64,000 nucleotides of DNA from Auanema rhodensis (GCA_964057225.1 OZ059900.1:4092001-4156000); one strand, 5' to 3'; shown: positions 37,532 to 52,261, numbered from the stretch's first letter. A program made the numbers and translations. Notes: a model not told the origin generated them from the sequence alone.

Positions 37532-38149
37532 TACTTGATTGATTCTGTCAGCGCTGTATGCTCAAGTAAAAGATTAAGCCATGCATGTATAAAGTTCATC
37601 ATTTTTGAGAAACTGCAATAGGCTCACAGCTCAGAGACCAAAAAAATTTCCAAGTCCAAAAAAAATTTTTTTTTCAACATGTTTTCACGATACTCTCAAA
37701 ACATTTTTTACACATTTTTAAAGAGTTTTAACATTGGAATTGAGAAACAAAATTTTTTTTTTACTTGATTGATTCTGTCAGCGCTGTAGCTTTCGTCAAG
37801 GATTAAGCCATGCCAACCGCTCACCGACCACAAAAAAATTTTTTTCACGTACTTGATTGATTCTGTCAGCGCTGTATGCTCAAGTAAAAGATTAAGCCAT
37901 GCATGTAGAAAGTTGAACTTTTTAAGCCAAACCGCCAACCGACCAAAAATTTTTTCTAGTCAAAAATTATGGAAATTTTTGAAAAAATATGCAAATTTTT
38001 TTTTTCAAAACTATTTTTCAGAGTAGTCTTATTCTATTTTCTGACTCTTTTTACATATTTTACACTATATATGAAATATGTTTTGGAAAATTTCCCGATA
38101 TGGCTTAATCCTTGAGGAAAGCTACAGCGCTGACAGAATCAATCAAGTA
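37532..38149. repeat. Cluster of four 18S 5'-end copies
   Basis: As 6817-7434. Confidence 0.9.
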
Positions 38150-38399
38150 AAATTTGCCATTTTTATCAAAATTTTTGATTTTTTAAATTAAAATTCTCGG
38201 GTGACCATTTATATGCGCTTTTTTTTGAAAAATGGTTCCAATATTCCAATAAAGTATACTTTTTCTTACAAATAAAGTATACCTTTTCTTACAAATAAAG
38301 TATACCTTTTTTAAAATAAGGTATCAATATTGCTATCGCTATATACAATCAATAAAACGTTATTTGAAACAAGAATAAGGTATACTTTCAGGTATAAAA

Positions 38400-38470
38400 C
38401 AAAACATCCAATCAAAGGATAGTCTCAACAGATCGCAGTTTATAAAGACTGCTCTACTGGATACAACACC
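38400..38470 (-). rRNA. 28S rRNA: 28S 3' tip, unit 12
   Basis: Same as unit 1. Confidence 0.85.
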
Positions 38471-39316
38471 TACGAATGCCCCCGAATCGTCCCTATTAAT
38501 CATTAATTCGACTCTCAAACCAATAAATAGAACCGAAGTCCTCTTTTATTATTCCATGATAGCACATACAAGCAATCGCTTGCTTTGAGCGCTTTGATTT
38601 ATTCAAAGTAAACTCGCCAGCCAGTATACACACCGAAGTACATACACAAAACCGACAAAATAGACACATCTATGATTACCGGCAAGCCGTATCACAGAAA
38701 ATGCCTCAGATCCAACTACGAGCTTTTTAACTACAGCAATAACGTTTTACACTAGTGGAGCTGGAATTACCGCGGCTGCTGGCACCAGACTTGCCCTCCA
38801 CTGGGTCCTTGTAGAGCTATTTAAGCTCAGCTCAGTGAAATAATCAATCTAAAAAGATTGATCTTTTTATTTTTAGTTACTATCTCACTGAAGTAGTGGA
38901 TAAGTTACGCGCCTGCTGCCTTCCTTGGATGTGGTAGCCGTTTCTAAGGCTCCCTCTCCGGAGTCGAACCCTAATTCTCCGTTACCCGTGATCACCATGG
39001 TAAAACTCTATATTACCATCAGGTTGATAGGGCAAACATTAATCTCGAAAAAAGACAGTAAAACCGTCGATTAACTGGGTTATTCAGAGTCAACAAACAT
39101 TAAATTGGTTTGTACTAATAACTGCGTTGAACTTGGGAAGAAGAACAACTATTAAGCATGTATTAGCTCCAGAATTACCACAGTTATCCATAGAAATCGA
39201 GAAAAATCATATCTGCTCTAATGAGCCGTTCGCAGTTTCTCAAAAATAATGAACTTTATACATGCATGGCTTAATCTTTTACTTGAGCATACAGCGCTGA
39301 CAGAATCAATCAGATT
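38471..39316 (-). rRNA. 18S rRNA: Partial 18S, unit 12 (+2-bp V4 variant)
   Basis: Near-identical to unit 11. Confidence 0.95.
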
Positions 39317-39623
39317 CGCAATAGAGAATCCATTATTTCTTACTAAACAATATAAATATCGAGAAGTAGAATAATTTTTTTTTCCCAATTCACCAAAAAA
39401 ATTAAGAAAGTTGAAAAATCACACAGAAACGACACATTATAGAAAATATTCACATTTTTCAATGTGAACAAGTAAAATTGCAGATAACGAAAATTATTGT
39501 AAAAATTTTCTCCTGCTACCTTACGATTGTGATATCGTTTCGGTGAATAGTGTAACAATCTTCAGATATTATTTCATAATGTTTATATTCCGATGAAACA
39601 TTCCAGTAAAAATTTTATGTAAA

Positions 39624-40360
39624 ATACTTTTCCTGCAAAAATACACCTACAAACTACTTTTCCTGCAAAATTACACGAAAAAAAATTTTTCCTGCAAAAA
39701 TACACAAAGAAAAAGTTTTCATGTATAAATACACGAAAAATAATTTTTCCTGCAAAAATACACAAAGAAAAAGTTTTCATGTATAAATACACAAAGAAAA
39801 AGTTTTCATGTATAAATACACGAAGAAACTACTTTTCCTGCAAAAATACACAAAGAAAAAGTTTTCATGTATAAATACACGAAAAATAATTTTTCCTGCA
39901 AAAATACACAAAGAAAAAGTTTTCATGTATAAATACACAAAGAAAAAGTTTTCATGTATAAATACACGAAGAAACTACTTTTCCTGCAAAAATACACAAA
40001 GAAAAAGTTTTCATGTATAAATACACGAAAAAAAGTTTTTCCTGCAAAAATACACGAAGAAACTACTTTTACCGCAAAAATACACGAAGAAACTACTTTT
40101 CCTGCAAAAATACACCTACAAATTACATTTCCTGCAAAAATACACGAAAAAAAATTTTTCCTGCAAAAATACACAAAGAAAAAGTTTTCATGTATAAACA
40201 CACGAAAAAAAATTTTTCCTGCAAAAATACACGAAGAAACTACTTTTCTTGCAAAAATACACAAAGAAAAAGTTTTCCTGCAAATATACACGAAAAAAAA
40301 TTTTTCCTGCAAAAATACACGAAAAAAAATTTTTCCTGCAAAAATACACGAAAAAAAATT
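39624..40360. repeat. 29/30-bp minisatellite, unit 12 (right end deleted)
   Basis: Joins directly to TTTGATTTTTTAAATTAAAATTCTCGGG. Confidence 0.95.
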
Positions 40361-40585
40361 TTGATTTTTTAAATTAAAATTCTCGGGTGACCATTTATAT
40401 GCGCTTTTTTTTGAAAAATGGTTCCAATATTCCAATAAAGTATACTTTTTCTTACAAATAAAGTATACCTTTTCTTACAAATAAAGTATACCTTTTTTAA
40501 AATAAGGTATCAATATTGCTATCGCTATATACAATCAATAAAACGTTATTTGAAACAAGAATAAGGTATACTTTCAGGTATAAAA

Positions 40586-40656
40586 CAAAACATCCAATCA
40601 AAGGATAGTCTCAACAGATCGCAGTTTATAAAGACTGCTCTACTGGATACAACACC
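40586..40656 (-). rRNA. 28S rRNA: 28S 3' tip, unit 13
   Basis: Same as unit 1. Confidence 0.85.
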
Positions 40657-41500
40657 TACGAATGCCCCCGAATCGTCCCTATTAATCATTAATTCGACTC
40701 TCAAACCAATAAATAGAACCGAAGTCCTCTTTTATTATTCCATGATAGCACAAACAAGCAATCGCTTGCTTTGAGCGCTTTGATTTATTCAAAGTAAACC
40801 CGAGCCAGTATACACACCGAAGTACATACACAAAACCGACAAAATAGACACATCTATGATTACCGGCAAGCCGTATCACAGAAAATGCCTCAGATCCAAC
40901 TACGAGCTTTTTAACTACAGCAATAACGTTTTACACTAGTGGAGCTGGAATTACCGCGGCTGCTGGCACCAGACTTGCCCTCCACTGGGTCCTTGTAGAG
41001 CTATTTAAGCTCAGCTCAGTGAAATAATCAATCTAAAAAGATTGATCTTTTTATTTTTAGTTACTATCTCACTGAAGTAGTGGATAAGTTACGCGCCTGC
41101 TGCCTTCCTTGGATGTGGTAGCCGTTTCTAAGGCTCCCTCTCCGGAGTCGAACCCTAATTCTCCGTTACCCGTGATCACCATGGTAAAACTCTATATTAC
41201 CATCAGGTTGATAGGGCAAACATTAATCTCGAAAAAAGACAGTAAAACCGTCGATTAACTGGGTTATTCAGAGTCAACAAACATTAAATTGGTTTGTACT
41301 AATAACTGCGTTGAACTTGGGAAGAAGAACAACTATTAAGCATGTATTAGCTCCAGAATTACCACAGTTATCCATAGAAATCGAGAAAAATCATATCTGC
41401 TCTAATGAGCCGTTCGCAGTTTCTCAAAAATAATGAACTTTATACATGCATGGCTTAATCTTTTACTTGAGCATACAGCGCTGACAGAATCAATCAGATT
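40657..41500 (-). rRNA. 18S rRNA: Partial 18S, unit 13
   Basis: Near-identical to unit 1. Confidence 0.95.
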
Positions 41501-41807
41501 CGCAATAGAGAATCCATTATTTCTTACTAAACAATATAAATATCGAGAAGTAGAATAATTTTTTTTTCCCAATTCACCAAAAAAATTAAGAAAGTTGAAA
41601 AATCACACAGAAACGACACATTATAGAAAATATTCACATTTTTCAATGTGAACAAGTAAAATTGCAGATAACGAAAATTATTGTAAAAATTTTCTCCTGC
41701 TACCTTACGATTGTGATATCGTTTCGGTGAATAGTGTAACAATCTTCAGATATTATTTCATAATGTTTATATTCCGATGAAACATTCCCGTAAAAATTTT
41801 ATGTAAA

Positions 41808-43015
41808 ATACTTTTCCTGCAAAAATACACCTACAAACTACTTTTCCTGCAAAATTACACGAAAAAAAATTTTTCCTGCAAAAATACACAAAGAAAAAGT
41901 TTTCATGTATAAATACACGAAAAATAATTTTTCCTGCAAAAATACACAAAGAAAAAGTTTTCATGTATAAATACACAAAGAAAAAGTTTTCATGTATAAA
42001 TACACGAAGAAACTACTTTTCCTGCAAAAATACACAAAGAAAAAGTTTTCATGTATAAATACACGAAGAAACTACTTTTCCTGCAAAAATACACAAAGAA
42101 AAAGTTTTCATGTATAAATACACGAAAAAAAGTTTTTCCTGCAAAAATACACGAAGAAACTACTTTTACCGCAAAAATACACGAAGAAACTACTTTTCCT
42201 GCAAAAATACACCTACAAATTACATTTCCTGCAAAAATACACGAAAAAAAAATTTTCCTGCAAAAATACACAAAGAAAAAGTTTTCATGTATAAACACAC
42301 GAAAAAAAATTTTTCCTGCAAAAATACACGAAGAAACTACTTTTCTTGCAAAAATACACAAAGAAAAAGTTTTCCTGCAAATATACACGAAAAAAAATTT
42401 TTCCTGCAAAAATACACGAAAAAAAATTTTTCCTGCAAAAATACACGAAGAAACTACTTTTCCTGCAAAAATACATGAAAAAAATTTTTCCTGCAAAAAT
42501 ACACGAAGAAACTACTTTTCCTGCAAAAATACACGAAAAAAATTTTTCCTGCAAAAATACACGAAGAAACTACTTTTCCTGCAAAAATACACGAAAAAAA
42601 TTTTTCCTGCAAAAATACACGAAGAAACTACTTTTCTTGCAAAAATACACAAAGAAAAAGTTTTCCTGCAAATATACACGAAAAAAAATTTTTCCTGCAA
42701 AAATACACGAAAAAAAATTTTTCCTGCAAAAATACACGAAGAAACTACTTTTCCTGCAAAAATACACTAAGAAAAAGTTTTCATGTATAAATACACGAAA
42801 AAAAAATTTTCCTGCAAAAATACACGAAGAAACTACTTTTCCCGCAAAAATACACGAAAAAAATTTTTTCCTGCAAAAATACACGAAAAAAAATTTTTCC
42901 TACAAAAATACACAAAAAAAAATTTTTCCCTGCAAAAATTCTAAAAAAAAATTTTTCCCTTGTAAAAATTCACTAAAAAATTTTTCTCCCTGCAAAAATG
43001 CGAAAAAAAAAAATT
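41808..43015. repeat. 29/30-bp minisatellite, unit 13
   Basis: Same monomers. Confidence 0.95.
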
Positions 43016-43072
43016 TATTCAGAAATACTTCCCCGAAGACATATGGTATCAAAATTTCGTTCCTCTCTCATT

Positions 43073-43690
43073 TACTTGATTGATTCTGTCAGCGCTGTAT
43101 GCTCAAGTAAAAGATTAAGCCATGCATGTATAAAGTTCATCATTTTTGAGAAACTGCAATAGGCTCACAGCTCAGAGACCAAAAAAATTTCCAAGTCCAA
43201 AAAAAATTTTTTTTTCAACATGTTTTCACGATACTCTCAAAACATTTTTTACACATTTTTAAAGAGTTTTAACATTGGAATTGAGAAACAAAATTTTTTT
43301 TTTACTTGATTGATTCTGTCAGCGCTGTAGCTTTCGTCAAGGATTAAGCCATGCCAACCGCTCACCGACCACAAAAAAATTTTTTTCACGTACTTGATTG
43401 ATTCTGTCAGCGCTGTATGCTCAAGTAAAAGATTAAGCCATGCATGTAGAAAGTTGAACTTTTTAAGCCAAACCGCCAACCGACCAAAAATTTTTTCTAG
43501 TCAAAAATTATGGAAATTTTTGAAAAAATATGCAAATTTTTTTTTTCAAAACTATTTTTCAGAGTAGTCTTATTCTATTTTCTGACTCTTTTTACATATT
43601 TTACACTATATATGAAATATGTTTTGGAAAATTTCCCGATATGGCTTAATCCTTGAGGAAAGCTACAGCGCTGACAGAATCAATCAAGTA
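43073..43690. repeat. Cluster of four 18S 5'-end copies
   Basis: As 6817-7434. Confidence 0.9.
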
Positions 43691-43940
43691 AAATTTGCCA
43701 TTTTTATCAAAATTTTTGATTTTTTAAATTAAAATTCTCGGGTGACCATTTATATGCGCTTTTTTTTGAAAAATGGTTCCAATATTCCAATAAAGTATAC
43801 TTTTTCTTACAAATAAAGTATACCTTTTCTTACAAATAAAGTATACCTTTTTTAAAATAAGGTATCAATATTGCTATCGCTATATACAATCAATAAAACG
43901 TTATTTGAAACAAGAATAAGGTATACTTTCAGGTATAAAA

Positions 43941-44011
43941 CAAAACATCCAATCAAAGGATAGTCTCAACAGATCGCAGTTTATAAAGACTGCTCTACTG
44001 GATACAACACC
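43941..44011 (-). rRNA. 28S rRNA: 28S 3' tip, unit 14
   Basis: Same as unit 1. Confidence 0.85.
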
Positions 44012-44855
44012 TACGAATGCCCCCGAATCGTCCCTATTAATCATTAATTCGACTCTCAAACCAATAAATAGAACCGAAGTCCTCTTTTATTATTCCATGA
44101 TAGCACAAACAAGCAATCGCTTGCTTTGAGCGCTTTGATTTATTCAAAGTAAACCCGAGCCAGTATACACACCGAAGTACATACACAAAACCGACAAAAT
44201 AGACACATCTATGATTACCGGCAAGCCGTATCACAGAAAATGCCTCAGATCCAACTACGAGCTTTTTAACTACAGCAATAACGTTTTACACTAGTGGAGC
44301 TGGAATTACCGCGGCTGCTGGCACCAGACTTGCCCTCCACTGGGTCCTTGTAGAGCTATTTAAGCTCAGCTCAGTGAAATAATCAATCTAAAAAGATTGA
44401 TCTTTTTATTTTTAGTTACTATCTCACTGAAGTAGTGGATAAGTTACGCGCCTGCTGCCTTCCTTGGATGTGGTAGCCGTTTCTAAGGCTCCCTCTCCGG
44501 AGTCGAACCCTAATTCTCCGTTACCCGTGATCACCATGGTAAAACTCTATATTACCATCAGGTTGATAGGGCAAACATTAATCTCGAAAAAAGACAGTAA
44601 AACCGTCGATTAACTGGGTTATTCAGAGTCAACAAACATTAAATTGGTTTGTACTAATAACTGCGTTGAACTTGGGAAGAAGAACAACTATTAAGCATGT
44701 ATTAGCTCCAGAATTACCACAGTTATCCATAGAAATCGAGAAAAATCATATCTGCTCTAATGAGCCGTTCGCAGTTTCTCAAAAATAATGAACTTTATAC
44801 ATGCATGGCTTAATCTTTTACTTGAGCATACAGCGCTGACAGAATCAATCAGATT
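44012..44855 (-). rRNA. 18S rRNA: Partial 18S, unit 14
   Basis: Near-identical to unit 1. Confidence 0.95.
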
Positions 44856-45162
44856 CGCAATAGAGAATCCATTATTTCTTACTAAACAATATAAATATCG
44901 AGAAGTAGAATAATTTTTTTTTCCCAATTCACCAAAAAAATTAAGAAAGTTGAAAAATCACACAGAAACGACACATTATAGAAAATATTCACATTTTTCA
45001 ATGTGAACAAGTAAAATTGCAGATAACGAAAATTATTGTAAAAATTTTCTCCTGCTACCTTACGATTGTGATATCGTTTCGGTGAATAGTGTAACAATCT
45101 TCAGATATTATTTCATAATGTTTATATTCCGATGAAACATTCCCGTAAAAATTTTATGTAAA

Positions 45163-46634
45163 ATACTTTTCCTGCAAAAATACACCTACAAACTACTTTT
45201 CCTGCAAAATTACACGAAAAAAAATTTTTCCTGCAAAAATACACAAAGAAAAAGTTTTCATGTATAAATACACGAAAAATAATTTTTCCTGCAAAAATAC
45301 ACAAAGAAAAAGTTTTCATGTATAAATACACAAAGAAAAAGTTTTCATGTATAAATACACGAAGAAACTACTTTTCCTGCAAAAATACACAAAGAAAAAG
45401 TTTTCATGTATAAATACACGAAGAAACTACTTTTCCTGCAAAAATACACAAAGAAAAAGTTTTCATGTATAAATACACGAAAAAAAGTTTTTCCTGCAAA
45501 AATACACGAAGAAACTACTTTTACCGCAAAAATACACGAAGAAACTACTTTTCCTGCAAAAATACACCTACAAATTACATTTCCTGCAAAAATACACGAA
45601 AAAAAAATTTTCCTGCAAAAATACACAAAGAAAAAGTTTTCATGTATAAACACACGAAAAAAAATTTTTCCTGCAAAAATACACGAAGAAACTACTTTTC
45701 TTGCAAAAATACACAAAGAAAAAGTTTTCCTGCAAATATACACGAAAAAAAATTTTTCCTGCAAAAATACACGAAAAAAAATTTTTCCTGCAAAAATACA
45801 CGAAGAAACTACTTTTCCTGCAAAAATACATGAAAAAAATTTTTCCTGCAAAAATACACGAAGAAACTACTTTTCCTGCAAAAATACACGAAAAAAATTT
45901 TTCCTGCAAAAATACACGAAGAAACTACTTTTCCTGCAAAAATACACGAAAAAAATTTTTCCTGCAAAAATACACGAAGAAACTACTTTTCCTGCAAAAA
46001 TACACTAAGAAAAAGTTTTCATGTATAAATACACAAAGAAAAAGTTTTCATGTATAAATACACGAAGAAACTACTTTTCCTGCAAAAATACACAAAGAAA
46101 AAGTTTTCATGTATAAATACACGAAAAAAAATTTTTCCTGCAAAAATACACGAAGAAACTACTTTTACCGCAAAAATACACGAAGAAACTACTTTTCCTG
46201 CAAAAATACACCTACAAATTACATTTCCTGCAAAAATACACGAAAAAAAATTTTTCCTGCAAAAATACACAAAGAAAAAGTTTTCATGTATAAACACACG
46301 AAAAAAAATTTTTCCTGCAAAAATACACGAAGAAACTACATTTCTTGCAAAAATACACAAAGAAAAAGTTTTCCTGCAAATATACACGAAAAAAAATTTT
46401 TCCTGCAAAAATACACGAAAAAAAATTTTCCTGCAAAAATACACGAAGAAACTACTTTTCCCGCAAAAATACACGAAAAAAATTTTTTCCTGCAAAAATA
46501 CACGAAAAAAAATTTTTCCTACAAAAATACACAAAAAAAAATTTTTCCCTGCAAAAATTCTAAAAAAAAATTTTTCCCTTGTAAAAATTCACTAAAAAAT
46601 TTTTCTCCCTGCAAAAATGCGAAAAAAAAAAATT
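45163..46634. repeat. 29/30-bp minisatellite, unit 14
   Basis: Same monomers. Confidence 0.95.
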
Positions 46635-46691
46635 TATTCAGAAATACTTCCCCGAAGACATATGGTATCAAAATTTCGTTCCTCTCTCATT

Positions 46692-47309
46692 TACTTGATT
46701 GATTCTGTCAGCGCTGTATGCTCAAGTAAAAGATTAAGCCATGCATGTATAAAGTTCATCATTTTTGAGAAACTGCGATAGGCTCACAGCTCAGAGACCA
46801 AAAAAATTTCCAAGTCCAAAAAAAATTTTTTTTTCAACATGTTTTCACGATACTCTCAAAACATTTTTTACACATTTTTAAAGAGTTTTAACATTGGAAT
46901 TGAGAAACAAAATTTTTTTTTTACTTGATTGATTCTGTCAGCGCTGTAGCTTTCGTCAAGGATTAAGCCATGCCAACCGCTCACCGACCACAAAAAAATT
47001 TTTTTCACGTACTTGATTGATTCTGTCAGCGCTGTATGCTCAAGTAAAAGATTAAGCCATGCATGTAGAAAGTTGAACTTTTTAAGCCAAACCGCCAACC
47101 GACCAAAAATTTTTTCTAGTCAAAAATTATGGAAATTTTTGAAAAAATATGCAAATTTTTTTTTTCAAAACTATTTTTCAGAGTAGTCTTATTCTATTTT
47201 CTGACTCTTTTTACATATTTTACACTATATATGAAATATGTTTTGGAAAATTTCCCGATATGGCTTAATCCTTGAGGAAAGCTACAGCGCTGACAGAATC
47301 AATCAAGTA
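46692..47309. repeat. Cluster of four 18S 5'-end copies
   Basis: As 6817-7434. Confidence 0.9.
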
Positions 47310-47559
47310 AAATTTGCCATTTTTATCAAAATTTTTGATTTTTTAAATTAAAATTCTCGGGTGACCATTTATATGCGCTTTTTTTTGAAAAATGGTTCCA
47401 ATATTCCAATAAAGTATACTTTTTCTTACAAATAAAGTATACCTTTTCTTACAAATAAAGTATACCTTTTTTAAAATAAGGTATCAATATTGCTATCGCT
47501 ATATACAATCAATAAAACGTTATTTGAAACAAGAATAAGGTATACTTTCAGGTATAAAA

Positions 47560-47630
47560 CAAAACATCCAATCAAAGGATAGTCTCAACAGATCGCAGTT
47601 TATAAAGACTGCTCTACTGGATACAACACC
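47560..47630 (-). rRNA. 28S rRNA: 28S 3' tip, unit 15
   Basis: Same as unit 1. Confidence 0.85.
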
Positions 47631-48474
47631 TACGAATGCCCCCGAATCGTCCCTATTAATCATTAATTCGACTCTCAAACCAATAAATAGAACCGAAGTC
47701 CTCTTTTATTATTCCATGATAGCACATACAAGCAATCGCTTGCTTTGAGCGCTTTGATTTATTCAAAGTAAACCCGAGCCAGTATACACACCGAAGTACA
47801 TACACAAAACCGACAAAATAGACACATCTATGATTACCGGCAAGCCGTATCACAGAAAATGACTCAGATCCAACTACGAGCTTTTTAACTACAGCAATAA
47901 CGTTTTACACTAGTGGAGCTGGAATTACCGCGGCTGCTGGCACCAGACTTGCCCTCCACTGGGTCCTTGTAGAGCTATTTAAGCTCAGCTCAGTGAAATA
48001 ATCAATCTAAAAAGATTGATCTTTTTATTTTTAGTTACTATCTCACTGAAGTAGTGGATAAGTTACGCGCCTGCTGCCTTCCTTGGATGTGGTAGCCGTT
48101 TCTAAGGCTCCCTCTCCGGAGTCGAACCCTAATTCTCCGTTACCCGTGATCACCATGGTAAAACTCTATATTACCATCAGGTTGATAGGGCAAACATTAA
48201 TCTCGAAAAAAGACAGTAAAACCGTCGATTAACTGGGTTATTCAGAGTCAACAAACATTAAATTGGTTTGTACTAATAACTGCGTTGAACTTGGGAAGAA
48301 GAACAACTATTAAGCATGTATTAGCTCCAGAATTACCACAGTTATCCATAGAAATCGAGAAAAATCATATCTGCTCTAATGAGCCGTTCGCAGTTTCTCA
48401 AAAATAATGAACTTTATACATGCATGGCTTAATCTTTTACTTGAGCATACAGCGCTGACAGAATCAATCAGATT
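47631..48474 (-). rRNA. 18S rRNA: Partial 18S, unit 15
   Basis: Near-identical to unit 1. Confidence 0.95.
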
Positions 48475-48781
48475 CGCAATAGAGAATCCATTATTTCTTA
48501 CTAAACAATATAAATATCGAGAAGTAGAATAATTTTTTTTTCCCAATTCACCAAAAAAATTAAGAAAGTTGAAAAATCACACAGAAACGACACATTATAG
48601 AAAATATTCACATTTTTCAATGTGAACAAGTAAAATTGCAGATAACGAAAATTATTGTAAAAATTTTCTCCTGCTACCTTACGATTGTGATATCGTTTCG
48701 GTGAATAGTGTAACAATCTTCAGATATTATTTCATAATGTTTATATTCCGATGAAACATTCCAGTAAAAATTTTATGTAAA

Positions 48782-49373
48782 ATACTTTTCCTGCAAAAAT
48801 ACACCTACAAACTACTTTTCCTGCAAAATTACACGAAAAAAAATTTTTCCTGCAAAAATACACAAAGAAAAAGTTTTCATGTATAAATACACGAAAAATA
48901 ATTTTTCCTGCAAAAATACACAAAGAAAAAGTTTTCATGTATAAATACACAAAGAAAAATTTTTCATGTATAAATACACGAAGAAACTACTTTTCCTGCA
49001 AAAATACACAAAGAAAAAGTTTTCATGTATAAATACACGAAAAATAATTTTTCCTGCAAAAATACACAAAGAAAAAGTTTTCATGTATAAACACACGAAA
49101 AAAAATTTTTCCTGCAAAAATACACGAAGAAACTACTTTTCTTGCAAAAATACACAAAGAAAAAGTTTTCCTGCAAATATACACGAAAAAAAATTTTTCC
49201 TGCAAAAATACACGAAAAAAAATTTTTCCTGCAAAAATACACGAAAAAAAATTTTTCCTACAAAAATACACAAAAAAAAATTTTTCCCTGCAAAAATTCT
49301 AAAAAAAAATTTTTCCCTTGTAAAAATTCACTAAAAAATTTTTCTCCCTGCAAAAATGCGAAAAAAAAAAATT
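48782..49373. repeat. 29/30-bp minisatellite, unit 15 (short)
   Basis: Same monomers. Confidence 0.95.
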
Positions 49374-49430
49374 TATTCAGAAATACTTCCCCGAAGACAT
49401 ATGGTATCAAAATTTCGTTCCTCTCTCATT

Positions 49431-50048
49431 TACTTGATTGATTCTGTCAGCGCTGTATGCTCAAGTAAAAGATTAAGCCATGCATGTATAAAGTTCATCA
49501 TTTTTGAGAAACTGCGATAGGCTCACAGCTCAGAGACCAAAAAAATTTCCAAGTCCAAAAAAAATTTTTTTTTCAACATGTTTTCACGATACTCTCAAAA
49601 CATTTTTTACACATTTTTAAAGAGTTTTAACATTGGAATTGAGAAACAAAATTTTTTTTTTACTTGATTGATTCTGTCAGCGCTGTAGCTTTCGTCAAGG
49701 ATTAAGCCATGCCAACCGCTCACCGACCACAAAAAAATTTTTTTCACGTACTTGATTGATTCTGTCAGCACTGTATGCTCAAGTAAAAGATTAAGCCATG
49801 CATGTAGAAAGTTGAACTTTTTAAGCCAAACCGCCAACCGACCAAAAATTTTGTCTAGTCAAAAATTATGGAAATTTTTGAAAAAATATGCAAATTTTTT
49901 TTTCCAAAACTATTTTTCAGAGTAGTCTTATTCTATTTTCTGACTCTTTTTACATATTTTACACTATATATGAAATATGTTTTGGAAAATTTCCCGATAT
50001 GGCTTAATCCTTGAGGAAAGCTACAGCGCTGACAGAATCAATCAAGTA
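49431..50048. repeat. Cluster of four 18S 5'-end copies
   Basis: As 6817-7434; copy C carries one substitution (CAGCACTG). Confidence 0.9.
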
Positions 50049-50298
50049 AAATTTGCCATTTTTATCAAAATTTTTGATTTTTTAAATTAAAATTCTCGGG
50101 TGACCATTTATATGCGCTTTTTTTTGAAAAATGGTTCCAATATTCCAATAAAGTATACTTTTTCTTACAAATAAAGTATACCTTTTCTTACAAATAAAGT
50201 ATACCTTTTTTAAAATAAGGTATCAATATTGCTATCGCTATATACAATCAATAAAACGTTATTTGAAACAAGAATAAGGTATACTTTCAGGTATAAAA

Positions 50299-50369
50299 CA
50301 AAACATCCAATCAAAGGATAGTCTCAACAGATCGCAGTTTATAAAGACTGCTCTACTGGATACAACACC
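50299..50369 (-). rRNA. 28S rRNA: 28S 3' tip, unit 16
   Basis: Same as unit 1. Confidence 0.85.
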
Positions 50370-51213
50370 TACGAATGCCCCCGAATCGTCCCTATTAATC
50401 ATTAATTCGACTCTCAAACCAATAAATAGAACCGAAGTCCTCTTTTATTATTCCATGATAGCACATACAAGCAATCGCTTGCTTTGAGCGCTTTGATTTA
50501 TTCAAAGTAAACCCGAGCCAGTATACACACCGAAGTACATACACAAAACCGACAAAATAGACACATCTATGATTACCGGCAAGCCGTATCACAGAAAATG
50601 CCTCAGATCCAACTACGAGCTTTTTAACTACAGCAATAACGTTTTACACTAGTGGAGCTGGAATTACCGCGGCTGCTGGCACCAGACTTGCCCTCCACTG
50701 GGTCCTTGTAGAGCTATTTAAGCTCAGCTCAGTGAAATAATCAATCTAAAAAGATTGATCTTTTTATTTTTAGTTACTATCTCACTGAAGTAGTGGATAA
50801 GTTACGCGCCTGCTGCCTTCCTTGGATGTGGTAGCCGTTTCTAAGGCTCCCTCTCCGGAGTCGAACCCTAATTCTCCGTTACCCGTGATCACCATGGTAA
50901 AACTCTATATTACCATCAGGTTGATAGGGCAAACATTAATCTCGAAAAAAGACAGTAAAACCGTCGATTAACTGGGTTATTCAGAGTCAACAAACATTAA
51001 ATTGGTTTGTACTAATAACTGCGTTGAACTTGGGAAGAAGAACAACTATTAAGCATGTATTAGCTCCAGAATTACCACAGTTATCCATAGAAATCGAGAA
51101 AAATCATATCTGCTCTAATGAGCCGTTCGCAGTTTCTCAAAAATAATGAACTTTATACATGCATGGCTTAATCTTTTACTTGAGCATACAGCGCTGACAG
51201 AATCAATCAGATT
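50370..51213 (-). rRNA. 18S rRNA: Partial 18S, unit 16
   Basis: Near-identical to unit 1. Confidence 0.95.
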
Positions 51214-51520
51214 CGCAATAGAGAATCCATTATTTCTTACTAAACAATATAAATATCGAGAAGTAGAATAATTTTTTTTTCCCAATTCACCAAAAAAATT
51301 AAGAAAGTTGAAAAATCACACAGAAACGACACATTATAGAAAATATTCACATTTTTCAATGTGAACAAGTAAAATTGCAGATAACGAAAATTATTGTAAA
51401 AATTTTCTCCTGCTACCTTACGATTGTGATATCGTTTCGGTGAATAGTGTAACAATCTTCAGATATTATTTCATAATGTTTATATTCCGATGAAACATTC
51501 CAGTAAAAATTTTATGTAAA

Positions 51521-52261
51521 ATACTTTTCCTGCAAAAATACACCTACAAACTACTTTTCCTGCAAAATTACACGAAAAAAAATTTTTCCTGCAAAAATAC
51601 ACAAAGAAAAAGTTTTCATGTATAAATACACGAAAAATAATTTTTCCTGCAAAAATACACAAAGAAAAAGTTTTCATGTATAAATACACAAAGAAAAAGT
51701 TTTCATGTATAAATACACGAAGAAACTACTTTTCCTGCAAAAATACACAAAGAAAAAGTTTTCATGTATAAATACACGAAAAATAATTTTTCCTGCAAAA
51801 ATACACAAAGAAAAAGTTTTCATGTATAAATACACAAAGAAAAAGTTTTCATGTATAAATACACGAAGAAACTACTTTTCCTGCAAAAATACACAAAGAA
51901 AAAGTTTTCATGTATAAATACACGAAAAAAAGTTTTTCCTGCAAAAATACACGAAGAAACTACTTTTACCGCAAAAATACACGAAGAAACTACTTTTCCT
52001 GCAAAAATACACCTACAAATTACATTTCCTGCAAAAATACACGAAAAAAAATTTTTCCTGCAAAAATACACAAAGAAAAAGTTTTCATGTATAAACACAC
52101 GAAAAAAAATTTTTCCTGCAAAAATACACGAAGAAACTACTTTTCTTGCAAAAATACACAAAGAAAAAGTTTTCCTGCAAATATACACGAAAAAAAATTT
52201 TTCCTGCAAAAATACACGAAAAAAAATTTTTCTCCCTGCAAAAATGCGAAAAAAAAAAATT
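51521..52261. repeat. 29/30-bp minisatellite, unit 16
   Basis: Same monomers. Confidence 0.95.
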
